A stretch of 64,000 nt of DNA, taken from contig OX597815.1 of assembly GCA_951406725.2 (NCBI GenBank), positions 157,108,001 to 157,172,000 on the forward strand, in the 5' to 3' direction. Within the stretch, counting starts at the first letter, position 1; each line of letters starts with the position of its first letter. The position numbers were made by a program, and so were the translations under genes. The stretch is from Octopus vulgaris (lineage: Eukaryota). The notes below the pieces were generated by a model. That model was not told where the DNA came from. It did no database searches and saw only the letters and a program-made list of their open reading frames with translations. This document shows positions 1 to 11,316 of this stretch, piece by piece.

Positions 1-47
1 CATGCATGTATGTATGTATATTATGTATGTATGTATATATATTGTGC

Positions 48-190
48 GGAGGCGCGTGGCTTCGTGGTTAGGGTGTGGCTTCGTGGTTAGGCTGGCATCC
101 CGTCCAGCTGGGGAACACATACGCCATTGTAACCGGGAAACCGGGCCCATGAGTCTGGCTAGGCTTCAAAAGGGTGCATTTATTTTTTAT
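48..190 (+). mobile_element. Internally deleted tRNA-derived SINE fragment
   Basis: Head GGAGGCGCGTGGCTTCGTGGTTAGG (A-box-like, duplicated), then CTGGCATCCCGTCCAG...GGAAACCGGGCCCATGAG; similar body at ~20290-20400. Confidence 0.5.
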
Positions 191-949
191 TTATATATAT
201 ATATATATATATATAGGACAGAAACGAAAAACGTCTCAGCAAAGGCTAGCGGGAATGCCAGTTTCATTTCGTTTGGGGGAATTTTGTCCCAGACATGAGT
301 TGACTTGAATAGTTGATGACATTTCCTCTGAGCACGGAGACGTACAAGTACCTCTGGTTGGTTAGAGAGCTCAATATAACCACCGCGAGTGAGGGACTAC
401 AAGCTATTATCCCAGAATCCTTCTAAGAAATGGACACTCTGGTGTAAAACCTGAGGCTTCGTGTAATTAATGGTCATTTCACTTCGGCCTGTAACTAGGT
501 ACTAATCACGGAAACTCAGAGAGTGACACTTATGTTCTACAACGTTTATTATTAAACTACAATGACGTACAGATCTATCTTTATGACGACTTCATTTGTC
601 ACTCCATCTACGGAAATCCTATGGTGATGGAAGAGCTAGTACGTGTGCAGAACTAATCAGTTGGTAGCGCACAGTAAGTTACAACATTCAGCTGTACCAG
701 TGCATCGAATCATGCAGATCTACAACAGGGTGGAATAATTACGTGAGAGATCATGGTTAAAAAGTCAGAAATGCCATTGACAACAAAGAGGCACAAGGAG
801 ACGACAATCATCTATGAAGACACAGCAATCACCATACGTGTGCGTGTGTGAGTGTGTGTGTATGTGTGTCTGTGTGTGTGCGTGTGTGTGTAACGAAATA
901 CTCTTAAAGCACAATCCAATGTATAAACGTGGGGATGTGTGTGCATGAG

Positions 950-1270
950 CTTAATCTTAGACACAGGTAAAACTGTAGTCGACATGTTCGCTTTGGGTTC
1001 AACCTGACTCCGCCACACCTTGGTCAAATATTTTTCTTCTATAGTCCCAGGCCGATCAATGGCTTCTGAGTGAAATTGTAAGAGTGAAATTCCGTGGAGA
1101 CTCGTTGTATTTGAGTGTATGTGTCTGCGTGTGTGTGTGAGTGTATGTGAATATGTGTGTGTATGCGTGTGTGTGTGTTTCTTTGAATTTGTCACCACTT
1201 GACAGTCGGTGTTGGTTTGTTTACTTCTCTATAACTTAGTAGTTCTAAAAAGAGAACTTAAATTCAGTCG
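950..1270 (+). mobile_element. Degenerate SINE family A copy
   Basis: GGGTTCAACC, CACCTTGGTCAAAT...CTATAGTCCCAGGCCGATCAA and TTGACAGTCGGTGTTGGTTTGTTTAC match the full copy at 10868-11316. Confidence 0.65.
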
Positions 1271-1399
1271 ATTTGTTCGACAAACACTTTCAGACTTTGG
1301 TACAGCTTGTAGTGTGTTACTGAAACAAATGAAAGAGGAAAAACACAATAAAAGCGTAAATACGTATATATGTGTATGTGTACCCAGGCGTATGTGTCT

Positions 1400-1452
<53 letters not shown>

Positions 1453-1457
<5 letters not shown>

Positions 1458-1702
1458 GAAAACCACTATGTGGATGCCCTTATGCTAGAAGTAAATCTGC
1501 TATGATCTTACCACTAAGAATGTGGTAAGACCATAGCGGATCTACTTCTAGCATAAGGGCATCCATATAGTGGTTTTCCCTCTCATATGTATATAATACA
1601 ATTTTACTGAACCTTCATTTTTTTTTATATGCTACACCACTGGTGTTAAAATGATATTAATTAAATTAATATCAAATTCCTCACCCTCATTTTAAATCTA
1701 AA
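1453..1702 (+). mobile_element. Fold-back element (62-bp arms) plus 3' tail in (TA)n; probable non-autonomous Penelope-like insertion
   Basis: Inverted arms 1453-1514/1522-1584; tail GCTACACCACTGG...GATATTAATT hairpin...ACCCT matches tails at 22287-22372 (minus) and 56410-56510. Confidence 0.7.
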
Positions 1703-1705
1703 TAT

Positions 1706-1738
<33 letters not shown>

Positions 1739-1904
1739 GGCATGTATATGTACACACATACATGCATACATACATACAGGCATGCATACATACATACATA
1801 CATACATACATACATACATACATACATACATACAGCTCGACGCTCTAACCACTGAGCCATGCGCCTTAACTATGTATATATGAATATATACATATATACG
1901 CACA

Positions 1905-1910
1905 GGCATA

Positions 1911-1968
<58 letters not shown>

Positions 1969-2310
1969 AAGCTTGCTCCCCGACTACATGTTTTCGGATT
2001 CAGTCCCACTACGTGGCACCTTGAGCAAGTGTAATCTATTGCAGCCTCGTCAACGAAAGTCTTGTAAGTGTATTTGATAGACACAAACTGAAAGAAGCCC
2101 CGTCGTGTGTGTGTGTGTGTGTGTGTGCGTGCGAGCGTGTGCATGTGTGTGTGTGTGTGTGTTTGTGTGTGACCGATAGACTAAGTACCAGGCTTAACAA
2201 AGGATTAGTACTGGGGTTGACTAATTTGACTAAAATTATTTCCAGGCGGTGCCCCAGCATGGCCATAGTTTAATGACTAAAACAAGCACAAGAGATAAGA
2301 TAAAAGATAC
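1905..2310 (+). mobile_element. SINE family A copy interrupted by (TA)n and (TG)n
   Basis: TTCAGTCCCACTACGTGGCACCTTGAGCAAG head; 3' GGCGGTGCCCCAGCATGGCCATAGTTTAATGACTAAAAC tail. Confidence 0.8.
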
Positions 2311-2598
2311 TAACATAAAGTGAGAGAGAGAAAGTGTGACATAAAGACAGAAAGAGAGAGAGAGCCGAGAGAAAGTGGGCCGTAAATAAGCTAGAAGGGA
2401 TTTTTGATATGTCATATTCCTGAAACCAAGGTTTTCAATTTTTTTCCAGCCCCTAACATATACATACGTAGATACGAACCTGTCCCTTTGTAAACAACTC
2501 CTTTAATAATCCCGAGACTTTAATCATATCTCAAGTTAAAACACATTCATACATATTAATATTTATATTCTTTGTTATATCTAATATCAATAACATTG

Positions 2599-2712
<114 letters not shown>

Positions 2713-3369
2713 AAAAATTTAATGTCCCTCAATAATTTCTACATCTTTCATCTGATTTCTTTAAAATTTTATACACAGCTGCTTCGTATCCCAGATCTGA
2801 ACATAGGCTACTTAGATTTTAAAAAATCGATATTGGAGCCTCTAGAGCGATGAAAAACCAACAATAGATGATTCCTATTCATTTGCAATAATCAGCTGTT
2901 ATATAATCTGTAGGGTTTTCCATACTTCTTTTTTTAGTCTTAATAATGTTAAAACTGTAGAAGATGTTTGTTTGTTCCCGGAATATCTCAGGAACAGTAT
3001 ATTTTATCTCATTTTTTTACACATCTATTTTCATACTTTAAGCTCTTTAATACGAGGTTTTGTGATATTTGGACCTCTATTTATTTAATGAAAAAGATTA
3101 AACACAATTTTTGTTTGTAATTTCTTGACGAAAAATCCCTGGCTTCCCTGACGTCTACATACATACAGAATACACACACATATAATGAATGTCATGGCTG
3201 TGTGAATCAATACAAACACACGTATGTTATCTGTGACACATACACACACGTAGTCATCGGACTCTCTTTCTATCACTCTGTCAGAAAAAAAACGTCGACC
3301 CCTTCCGTTCTCATTCATATGCTTCTATTTTCTCGATTGTTAAACACAGCACGAAGTTTTGTCAGTAAA

Positions 3370-3560
3370 CAAGTCACGGTCTCAAAGCGACGAAAATATT
3401 TTGACACAAATTTAATTTAAATGTTGAAGTGAAACTAACGGTTTTTGTGTGTTCTTAAATGGCTAACAAACATTTCCCACGCTGCAATTGTTTTTGAATT
3501 AGCACACTTTCTTAGATAAAGTCACACTACTATGCAAGTACATCTCCGTAATATTTTCAT
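3370..3560 (+). repeat. One-armed copy of the palindromic element at 37323-37565
   Basis: GTCACGGTCTCAAAGCGACGAAAATATTTTGACA...GCTGCAATTG...TATGCAAGTACATCTCCGTAAT is near identical to 37453-37630. Confidence 0.8.
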
Positions 3561-3842
3561 CATTTAAAAATATTTTTTAGTGAATGTGATTTCAAAAATG
3601 TAAGTTGTTTGTACAGTAAGTATTTATCTTTCAGCTTTCTTTAAACAGACAATATTTAAATGGTTTTCTTAAAATTATTTTCAAATAAATACTATTACAA
3701 AAAATTTTTTTGTATGTTTTAAAAAGTTAAAATTGAAAATTACTTAACTATACAGTAAATATTTCGTAAAAGACCCGTTCGAAACCTCGATGCTTTTTTT
3801 CCATTGATTTTTATCGAGTGTATTCAACGTATCTTACCGCCA

Positions 3843-3959
3843 GAGATTTGGCTGCTATTTCTAGCACGCCATGCTACCACGTAACAGCTATTTGCGATAA
3901 ACGACCCGAAATACCTGTTACGTGGTAGCAGGGCGTGCAAGAAATAACAACCAAATCTT
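3843..3959. repeat. Imperfect hairpin formed by two inverted copies of a dispersed repeat
   Basis: AGATTTGGCTGCTATTTCTAGCACGCCATGCTACCACGTAACAG / CTGTTACGTGGTAGCAGGGCGTGCAAGAAATAACAACCAAATCT; the GATTTGGCTGCTATTTCTAGCA motif recurs at ~14368 and ~61760. Confidence 0.65.
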
Positions 3960-4127
3960 TCCTTTTGGGTGAAAGGAGTCGTTTAAGCGTGATTTTGATG
4001 TCACATTCGTTGAATACATGTGAAATAACATTGAAAAAAAAAACAATTTAACTCACCAAACAAAACTCCGTTGCAAGGAAAATCGGTGTTTCCCGGTGAC
4101 CCGACAGGTCACAGTTAATCTAGTATA

Positions 4128-4185
<58 letters not shown>

Positions 4186-4699
4186 GTTGCTATTATGGTA
4201 AACTGTCGTAAGTTCAAATTAGGCCAAATACGTTTCTTTCAATATTTATTTTTGCTTGCAATGGCCGGTTCTTTTGGTCAAACTATCGTACCTCCAGCTG
4301 TTTCGAATGCCAAGATATCAAACATCGTCAAAGTGTAGCACAACTGTTTTGCTATGGAATGGTGAAACTTATTTTTCGTTTCCTGAAAAAGCAACGTTTT
4401 GGACTTACGACACTTTTGCACAATAGCAACGATATGTGTGTAGGGGGTGTATTATGTGTGTATGAATATATGTATTTGCAAATACATATCTTCACATTTT
4501 ACAATCTGGTCAGAGATGAGAGCGGACGAATACGCGAGAGATAGTGTGAGAGGCTGATCATTACATGACCTTCACTACCACTACCACCACAGTCACCACC
4601 ACCACAGTCACTATCTCTATCACCACTACCTTCATCATCAGTGCATTTACGGTTTGCAATACATGACTTATATAATAGATAGATAGATAGATAGATAGA

Positions 4700-4905
4700 T
4701 AAGTTTCTTTATTGGCCACACGGGGCTGCACACAGATGGGGCAAGTTACAAGGTAGAGCTTTTCTTTTGGGGGAGAAAAAAGAAAAAAAGAAAAAAAAAG
4801 GTGGCGCAGGTTTTCGATCAAAAGGGATCGTAAAAGGGGAAAAAAAGAAAAAAAGGAAAAGAAAAAAAAGAAAAAAGAAAATAAAGGAAAAGAAAAAATA
4901 GAAAA
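4700..4905 (-). mobile_element. 3' UTR fragment of a non-LTR element sitting in (GATA)n
   Basis: Minus strand ends TGTGTGCAGCCCCGTGTGGCCAATAAAGAAAC then (TATC)n; (GATA)n on both sides; tail is similar to the SINE tail at 18780-18830. Confidence 0.5.
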
Positions 4906-4906
4906 A

Positions 4907-5019
<113 letters not shown>

Positions 5020-5119
5020 TACTGCAAACGGTGTATTCGCTATGCTGTTAGTAATGAGTGGGGGTGATTTTTTAATGGTCATTGTCGTAATATAATTCTC
5101 TCTTTTTTTTTTCATTCCC

Positions 5120-5310
5120 CCTCTGGGCTAAATGCTTTGCGTCATTTCGTCCGTCTTTACGTTCTGAGTTCAAATTCCGCCGAAGTCGACTTTGCCTTTC
5201 ATCTTTTCATGTGTCAATAAATTAAGTACCAGTCAAGTATTGGAGTCGATATAATCGACTAGCCCTCAACCCCGATTCAGGCCTTGCACCTTTAGTAGAA
5301 AGGATTATTA
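5120..5310 (+). mobile_element. SINE family B (tRNA head plus GCCTTTCATCCTTTCGGGGTCGATAAA central domain)
   Basis: B box GAGTTCAAATTCC followed by the central domain; other copies at ~6160,15400,18070,19005,20110,20640,32810,34115,34360,38080,39857,60830,60985. Confidence 0.8.
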
Positions 5311-7285
5311 TTACTAAGCAACTGGTAAAAAGAAAAGAAAGTAAAAGCGAAAAAGAAAAGTAAAAAAAACAAAAGGAAAAGACTATTTAGTCGAACAGTT
5401 TTGTGTAAATATCATGAAATACCCTTTATTATTTCATTAAGAAAATGAAAGCAAATTTGTTTTTAAATATATGCAGTCCATATATACAGCTATTCCATCA
5501 AATACCTGAGCAAGGGAGGGAACTCTTATTTTAGCCTTCGCATTATAACTCCTCGACCATTTTCATAGAATCAAGTGTATGAATTCGTTCGCTGCTTTCA
5601 CCAGCTGGCTTTTAAAACACAATCTCTACCCATCTGCATCAATAATTCATTCCCAAAAACTTTAGTTAGTTGATCCTGTAGTTATCTCCCTTGCTTGTTT
5701 TTAGACTTAAACACCCATAGAAGGTTTTACCCACTAACTGAAATGTTAATTCCCATTCATAGTTTTTCAATTATGCATCTATCCTCGTTCACTGCGAGTG
5801 TGTCGTTTTAAAAAAAAACGTGTTAAATGAATCAGTGATAAACGAATAACAAAGCACATGGAGGAAAAAAGTTTCGTTCTGAAGCACCAAGTTGAGAGCA
5901 TTGTGGGTGGAGCACGCTTTTGCGGTCCAAGCATAATCTTCGAGTGATTGCTGTCCCGTATTATTACAGATCAATTTCGTGGAGAGCGTATCACGGTTAA
6001 CAATTGGGCGTAGTATTATCCGGAATCAGTAATAAACGAGAATAGATGTATTCAATATTATATATGAGACCCAACGATGCATGCACGATTTCTAACACTG
6101 ATGTAACGCCGTGTCACTTCGATTCAAACATGTTTGTTTTCCGATTTTCTAATAGGCAGAGGTGAATAACTGGCATAGTCGCTGAAGTATTAGAGAGAAT
6201 TCTCTGACGATATTTGTTTCAGTTCTTTGCATTCTTAGTTCAAACCTCACCGAGGTCAACTTTTCCTTTCATCCTTTCCATGTCGATAAGTAAAATACAT
6301 GTTCTAGACAGGGTATATGCGAACCTGTTGGATCATCAGAAGAGAAACCTTGCCGTATCTGTTCCGGTTCTGTAAATTTTGAGTTCAAATTTCACCGATG
6401 AGAGGCATTAAGAGAACTAGTGGAGAACTAGTAGAGAATTAAAAGAACTAGTAGCTACATCCCAAAGACTAGCCATTGCTATTCTTTTCAGGAATAGAAA
6501 ATATTTCACTTCTAATCATTTACTGACTCAAGGAAGACTCATTGTGAAATATATCTTATACATCAGACACAGTGTTGTTGCTATAGACACAAAAGTTCTT
6601 GACTGCATGTAAAAGATGGTTTTATGACGGATTAGGAACGATTCCCTGACCAATATATATTGCCAAGCAGATGTTTGTTCTGTTTTCCCTCTCTGCTTTT
6701 AAAGCTTCTACAATAGCCTCGGTTTCTTTAGATACTAGTTTCTCTAGATACAAACTAGATACTTAACCACCTCTACTTACATCCTCCCGACAAACTTTTA
6801 ACATCTATATATATCTCATCACCGAAACGTATCTCTAATCACTACAGGCAATCCTTTCTCTACAGGACCGCAACCCTTTTGTAATCCCATATCGCCAAGA
6901 TATTTCTTGCATACGTCAGCTTATAGAAGCTCAAGCTAAATATAAATTCCTTCGATGGTCTTGCCAGAACTGTAAGCTTTGCAATGGCTATGAGAACAGC
7001 ACTTTGTTCCTGACAGCGCTATAAAGGTATTTGAAACACTTAATAGTTCTTTTGATGCTGAACAAGCACAATTTCATGGTCAATATTTACGTTAGGCGTA
7101 ATGCTATCACTCACACGTACTCGTATATCAGTTCTAATGATTCAGCTAATTCATATGGCTATGGATATATATAATCACATATTTATTTGCTTATAATGAA
7201 TATATATGCGTGAGCGAGTGTTTGTATGTGTACATTATTTCTAATTCTCTCTAAAGGAGACTACGGCAGCGGTACTGGATATTAA

Positions 7286-7540
7286 TAGTTATCGCCAAGC
7301 TAACATGGCAGTCCAGAAAAATAGGACGAATGCTGTCGTTGATTAGCTCCAAGACGCCATCGCATCTAGCTAGCTGTGTGACACACAAACCTGTGTCCAT
7401 TATAACCTTCGAACAGGGGAGGTCAGCAGCTTCCCCTTCTTGTGTCACATAGCTAGCGTGAGGCGATGGCCTCTTGGAACTAATTAATGGCAGCATTCGT
7501 CCTATTTTTCTGGACTGCCAAGTTAGCATGGCGATAACTA
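7286..7540. mobile_element. MITE with ~95-bp terminal inverted repeats
   Basis: TAGTTATCGCCAAGCTAACATGGCAGTCCAGAAAAATAGGACGAATGCTG... / ...CAGCATTCGTCCTATTTTTCTGGACTGCCAAGTTAGCATGGCGATAACTA. Confidence 0.75.
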
Positions 7541-7869
7541 CTACTATAAGATTATTTAACATATCTTCCTAGAATATCATATGTATTTCATTTTTACAAA
7601 CTAAAAAATGACAGTTACTTCGAAGTATCTGCTTCATCTGACAAGATTGACAAAACCGAAGCTGCTAAATAACAGTTAATACTTTCCTTGTAATGATTAT
7701 ATGTAGCAATATAATACTTTATGAGTAGATTTGGTAGAAGAAAACTGCGTGGAAGACCGACGTATGAGTACATATATACGTATGTATATGCGTGTCTGTA
7801 TCTGTGTATGTGTGTGTATTATACACATATATGCATGCATGCATGTGTGTCTGTGAGCTCGTTGTGAGC

Positions 7870-8352
7870 TCGATACATAGTGGTGTGTTGTGTCCTTGAT
7901 TAAACACTTTATTTCACGTTGCTCCGGTCCACCCTGCTGGCAAAAATTAGTTGTACATTTAATGCAAAAGGTCAGTTTTGTCACATTCTGAGCCGAATCT
8001 CCCTGAGAACTATGTTAATGGTACGCGTGTTGTTGTTGTTGTTGTTGTTAAGCAACAAAACGGGTAAGGGTGATTAGGTGATGGTCTAGGGCTTAGGGGC
8101 GGGAGACCTCAGACCTTGGGAAAAAAAAACTTCGGTCGTCTTGTTGTAGTCGAGGGCTCTTCGTTGACGCCCGACACCACTGGGAGGTGGCCCTCGAAGT
8201 CGCTGGAAATGGAGATCTCCAGGTCCAAATTCTTGAACGGCAGGGTACGTGTGTCTGTGTGGAGTGCTCAGCCACTTGCAGGTTAATTCCACGAGCAGAC
8301 TGTTCCGTTGATCGACTCAACTGGAAGATTCGTCGTAACCGACGGTTTGCCA
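7870..8352 (+). mobile_element. SINE (family D) interrupted by a minus-strand 213-bp retro-insert with (AAC)n tail
   Basis: GTGTCCTTGATTAAACACTTTA core-like motif; insert 8031-8243 flanked by GGTACGCGTGT/GGTACGTGTGT duplication. Confidence 0.6.
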
Positions 8353-9195
8353 GTTATGTATGTTCTCCTGTTTATAATTATTTGAATTCTTCCTCCCCGA
8401 GAAAGGAGCTAGCTGCTAATAAAGATACAAAGCTCCATCGTTGGAATATAGTTAACAAAAACAATGCCACATTTTAAATTGAGAAATGCCTTCCATAGTT
8501 TTGCTGTTCCACTTTCAGATCGTATTTCTAATGTGCGAGTAAGATGGTCGATTTCTTTTTCTGAAAACCTTAGTTTATCCAGATTGCTACTTGGGCGTTT
8601 ACTCACAAAACAAAGTACATCAATTATCATTGGTATAAGCTTGAATTTATAACCTGTATATACAAGCTGGAGGTTTCGAAGCAATTGTCCATAGTAATCC
8701 CCTTTCTCTTTGATTTTCAAAGAAATATTCACATCAGTACGACAGCTGACGTCTATGACGTTACATATTTCTTTTGTCTTTTCCAAACAACAATATATCC
8801 AGCCTGTTATGTTTACACTTGACAGATGTTTCGATGGGAATGTTCCGCCAGTACAACTTGTGTTGATGTTTGTGTATATAGTCAATAACGGGGTGAGTGG
8901 CGGGGCAGAATTCTCTGTTTATTTTCAGGGCAGTCTTTTTTTGTTTTTTAATGGCATTACGTATTGTTTTTGCAACAACGTTGTGTCGCATAGGGAGGTA
9001 ATAGCATGACGATATTTTGGGAGCAGCTGCCAATCACATGTGGGATGTTTTCCAGAATAATATGACGTAGTCTACATTTTCGATTGCATCTAGAAGCTCC
9101 AAGGGCTTCACTGCCTCTTGTTTATAAGATATTTCGCAACACGATCCTGTTCTAGGATTGCAAGTGCTGAGCATTCGAAGTGTGTGATGTTATGT
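8353..9195 (-). pseudogene. 3' fragment of an R4/Dong-like non-LTR retrotransposon (CCHC knuckle plus restriction-like endonuclease)
   Basis: Minus-strand peptides AILEQD, CRLRHIILENIPHVIGSC, YYLPMRHNVVAK, HNRLDILL, IDVSCRTDVN...KIKEKGDYYGQL with frameshifts; matches the CCHC/RHN/PD-(D/E)xK layout of RLE elements. Confidence 0.8.
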
Positions 9196-9199
9196 AGCA

Positions 9200-9745
9200 G
9201 TATGTATGTATGTATGTATGTATGTATGTATGTATGTATGTATGTATGTATGTATGTATTTATGTATGTATGTATGCATGTATGTATGCATGTATGTTTG
9301 TATGTATGTATGTATGTATGTATGCATGTATGCATGTATGTATGCATGTATGTATGCATGTATGTTTGTATGTATGTATGCATGTATGTTTGTATGTATG
9401 TATGTATGTATGTATATATGTATGTATTATGTATGTATGTATGTATGCATGTATGTATGCATGTATGTTTGTATGTATGCATGTATTTATGTATGTATGT
9501 ATGCATGTATGTATATATGCATGTATTTATGTATGTATGTATGTAGTATGTATTTATGTATGTATCTATGTATGTATGTATGTATGTAGGTATGTATGTA
9601 TGTATGTATGTATGTATGTATGTATGTATGTATTTATGTATGAATGTATGCATGTATGTATGCATGTATGAAAATATGTATGTATGCATGTATGAAAATA
9701 TGTATGTATGCATGTATGAAAATATGTATGTATGCATGTATGTAT
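9200..9745 (+). repeat. (TATG)n microsatellite
   Basis: Direct reading. Confidence 0.95.
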
Positions 9746-10090
9746 GTCATTATTCAGTTATATTTCAAGATATTTTGTCAATACAGAAAGAACCGGTTTC
9801 TAATTTAGATCCAAAGCTCCTTCATTGCAATTTCAACAACATCAACAGAGTATTTTTCTATGTGTGAATGTATATGTACACGCAGATTAAATGGTTTGTT
9901 TTATGTATGCCTTCTCATGCATATAATTGCACATCTAAACACGCTCATATATACTTAAATGATAAACGATTGGAATGTTTTATAGATTTTTACAGTTCCA
10001 GTGATGGCTTGGATCTGCAGTCTTCGAATCAGCTTTCTCCTATCTGTTTTTGAGAAGCTTAATTTCTCAAGATTGGTATTTAGGCAGTGT
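9746..10090 (-). mobile_element. Second R4/Dong-like 3' end
   Basis: Minus strand NLEKLSFSKTDRRKLIRRLQIQAITGTVKIYKTF* is similar to the C-terminus at 8470-8590; 3' UTR ends CTGAATAATG then (ACAT)n. Confidence 0.7.
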
Positions 10091-10111
10091 GCATGCATAT
10101 ACGTGTGTTTG

Positions 10112-10400
10112 TCACTGTATCGACCAGACTATCGGACGTCGTTGTATACAACACGCTTCCTTGCATTGTTTTAGTTTTCGAATGATGTCATTCCGCTGAT
10201 TAGGCAGGCAGGCAGGCAGGCAGGCCATCGCTCGCCCTGTACGGAAGCTTGACTGTCGCAGGGTCATCCATTTGCAGCTGAATGGTTTGGAGCAGCATGA
10301 AATGAAATGTTTTGCGTCGCAAAACTTCATTTGCGGGACTGGGAATTCAAAACCAAGATGTTGCGATCGTGAGTGCAACACCAGAAATAGTAGGCCAAGT
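10112..10400 (-). mobile_element. SINE (family D body with family C-type tail)
   Basis: CAGCTGAATGGTTTGGAGCAGCATGAAATGAAATGTTTTG core-like motif; tail similar to 21250-21350. Confidence 0.55.
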
Positions 10401-10465
10401 GTCTTCACACACACACGCGCGCGCGCGCGCGCATTTGTGTTTGGGGCTATATATTTGTGTGTGTA

Positions 10466-10655
10466 GAGGCACATGGGCTAGCAGTTAGAGCAGCGGACTC
10501 GCGGTCGAGGGATCGCAGGTTCGAATCTCAGACCGGGCGATATGTATGCTTATGAGCGAAACACCTAAGCTCCACGCGGCTCCGGCAGAAGGTAATGGCG
10601 AACTTCTGCTGACTCTTTCGCCACAACTTTCACTCTTTCCTTCTGCATCTTGTTT
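10466..10655 (+). mobile_element. SINE family C (tRNA-Arg-like head)
   Basis: GAGGCACATGGGCTAGCAGTTAGAGCAGCGGACTCGCGGTCG...GGTTCGAATCTC; same family at 21248-21545 and ~42700-42775 (minus). Confidence 0.75.
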
Positions 10656-10818
10656 GATGGTTAGATGAACACGTCTATGCAAAGCTTTTGAGTGAGTGTG
10701 TGTGTGCGTGTGATCGTGTTTTGTCTAAAGAACTCGCGGCAGGCACATTAAGTAGACCACCTACTTATTCATGTGTATGCGTAGTAAAAGACAAAAAGAC
10801 AGGGGTCTGTACATGCAT

Positions 10819-10867
<49 letters not shown>

Positions 10868-10869
<2 letters not shown>

Positions 10870-11032
10870 CGCAGGAGTGGCTGTGTGGTAAGTAGCTTGC
10901 TAACCAACCACATGGTTCCGGGTTCAGTCCCACTGCGTGGCATCTTGGGTAAGTGTCTTCTGCTATAGCCCCGGGCCGACCAATGCCTTGTGAGTGGATT
11001 TGGTAGATGGAAGCTGAAAGAAGCCTGTCGTA

Positions 11033-11113
<81 letters not shown>

Positions 11114-11316
11114 TTGTCCCCCTAGCATTGCTTGACAACCGATGCTGGTGTGTTTACGTCCCCGTCACTTAGCGGTTCGGCAAAAAGAGACCGATAGAAT
11201 AAGTACTGGGCTTACAAAGAATAAGTCCCGGAGTCGAGTTGCTCGATTAAAGGCGGTGCTCCAGCATGGCCGCAGTCAAATGACTGAAACAAGTAAAAGA
11301 GTAAAAGAGTAAAAGA
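10868..11316 (+). mobile_element. Full-length SINE family A with internal (TA)n(TG)n and CR1-like tail
   Basis: A box TGGCTGTGTGG, B box GGTTCAGTCCC, tail (GTAAAAGA)n; near-identical copies at 52781-53220 and 58981-59452. Confidence 0.9.

Noticed and set aside
9108-9867. Long ORFs of [12 protein letters not shown] type here and across the window (e.g. 47269-48732, 49760-51232)
   Set aside because: Translations of stop-free microsatellites, not proteins
10868-10940. tRNA gene candidates at SINE heads
   Set aside because: They continue into multi-copy SINE bodies and lack a complete cloverleaf and terminator
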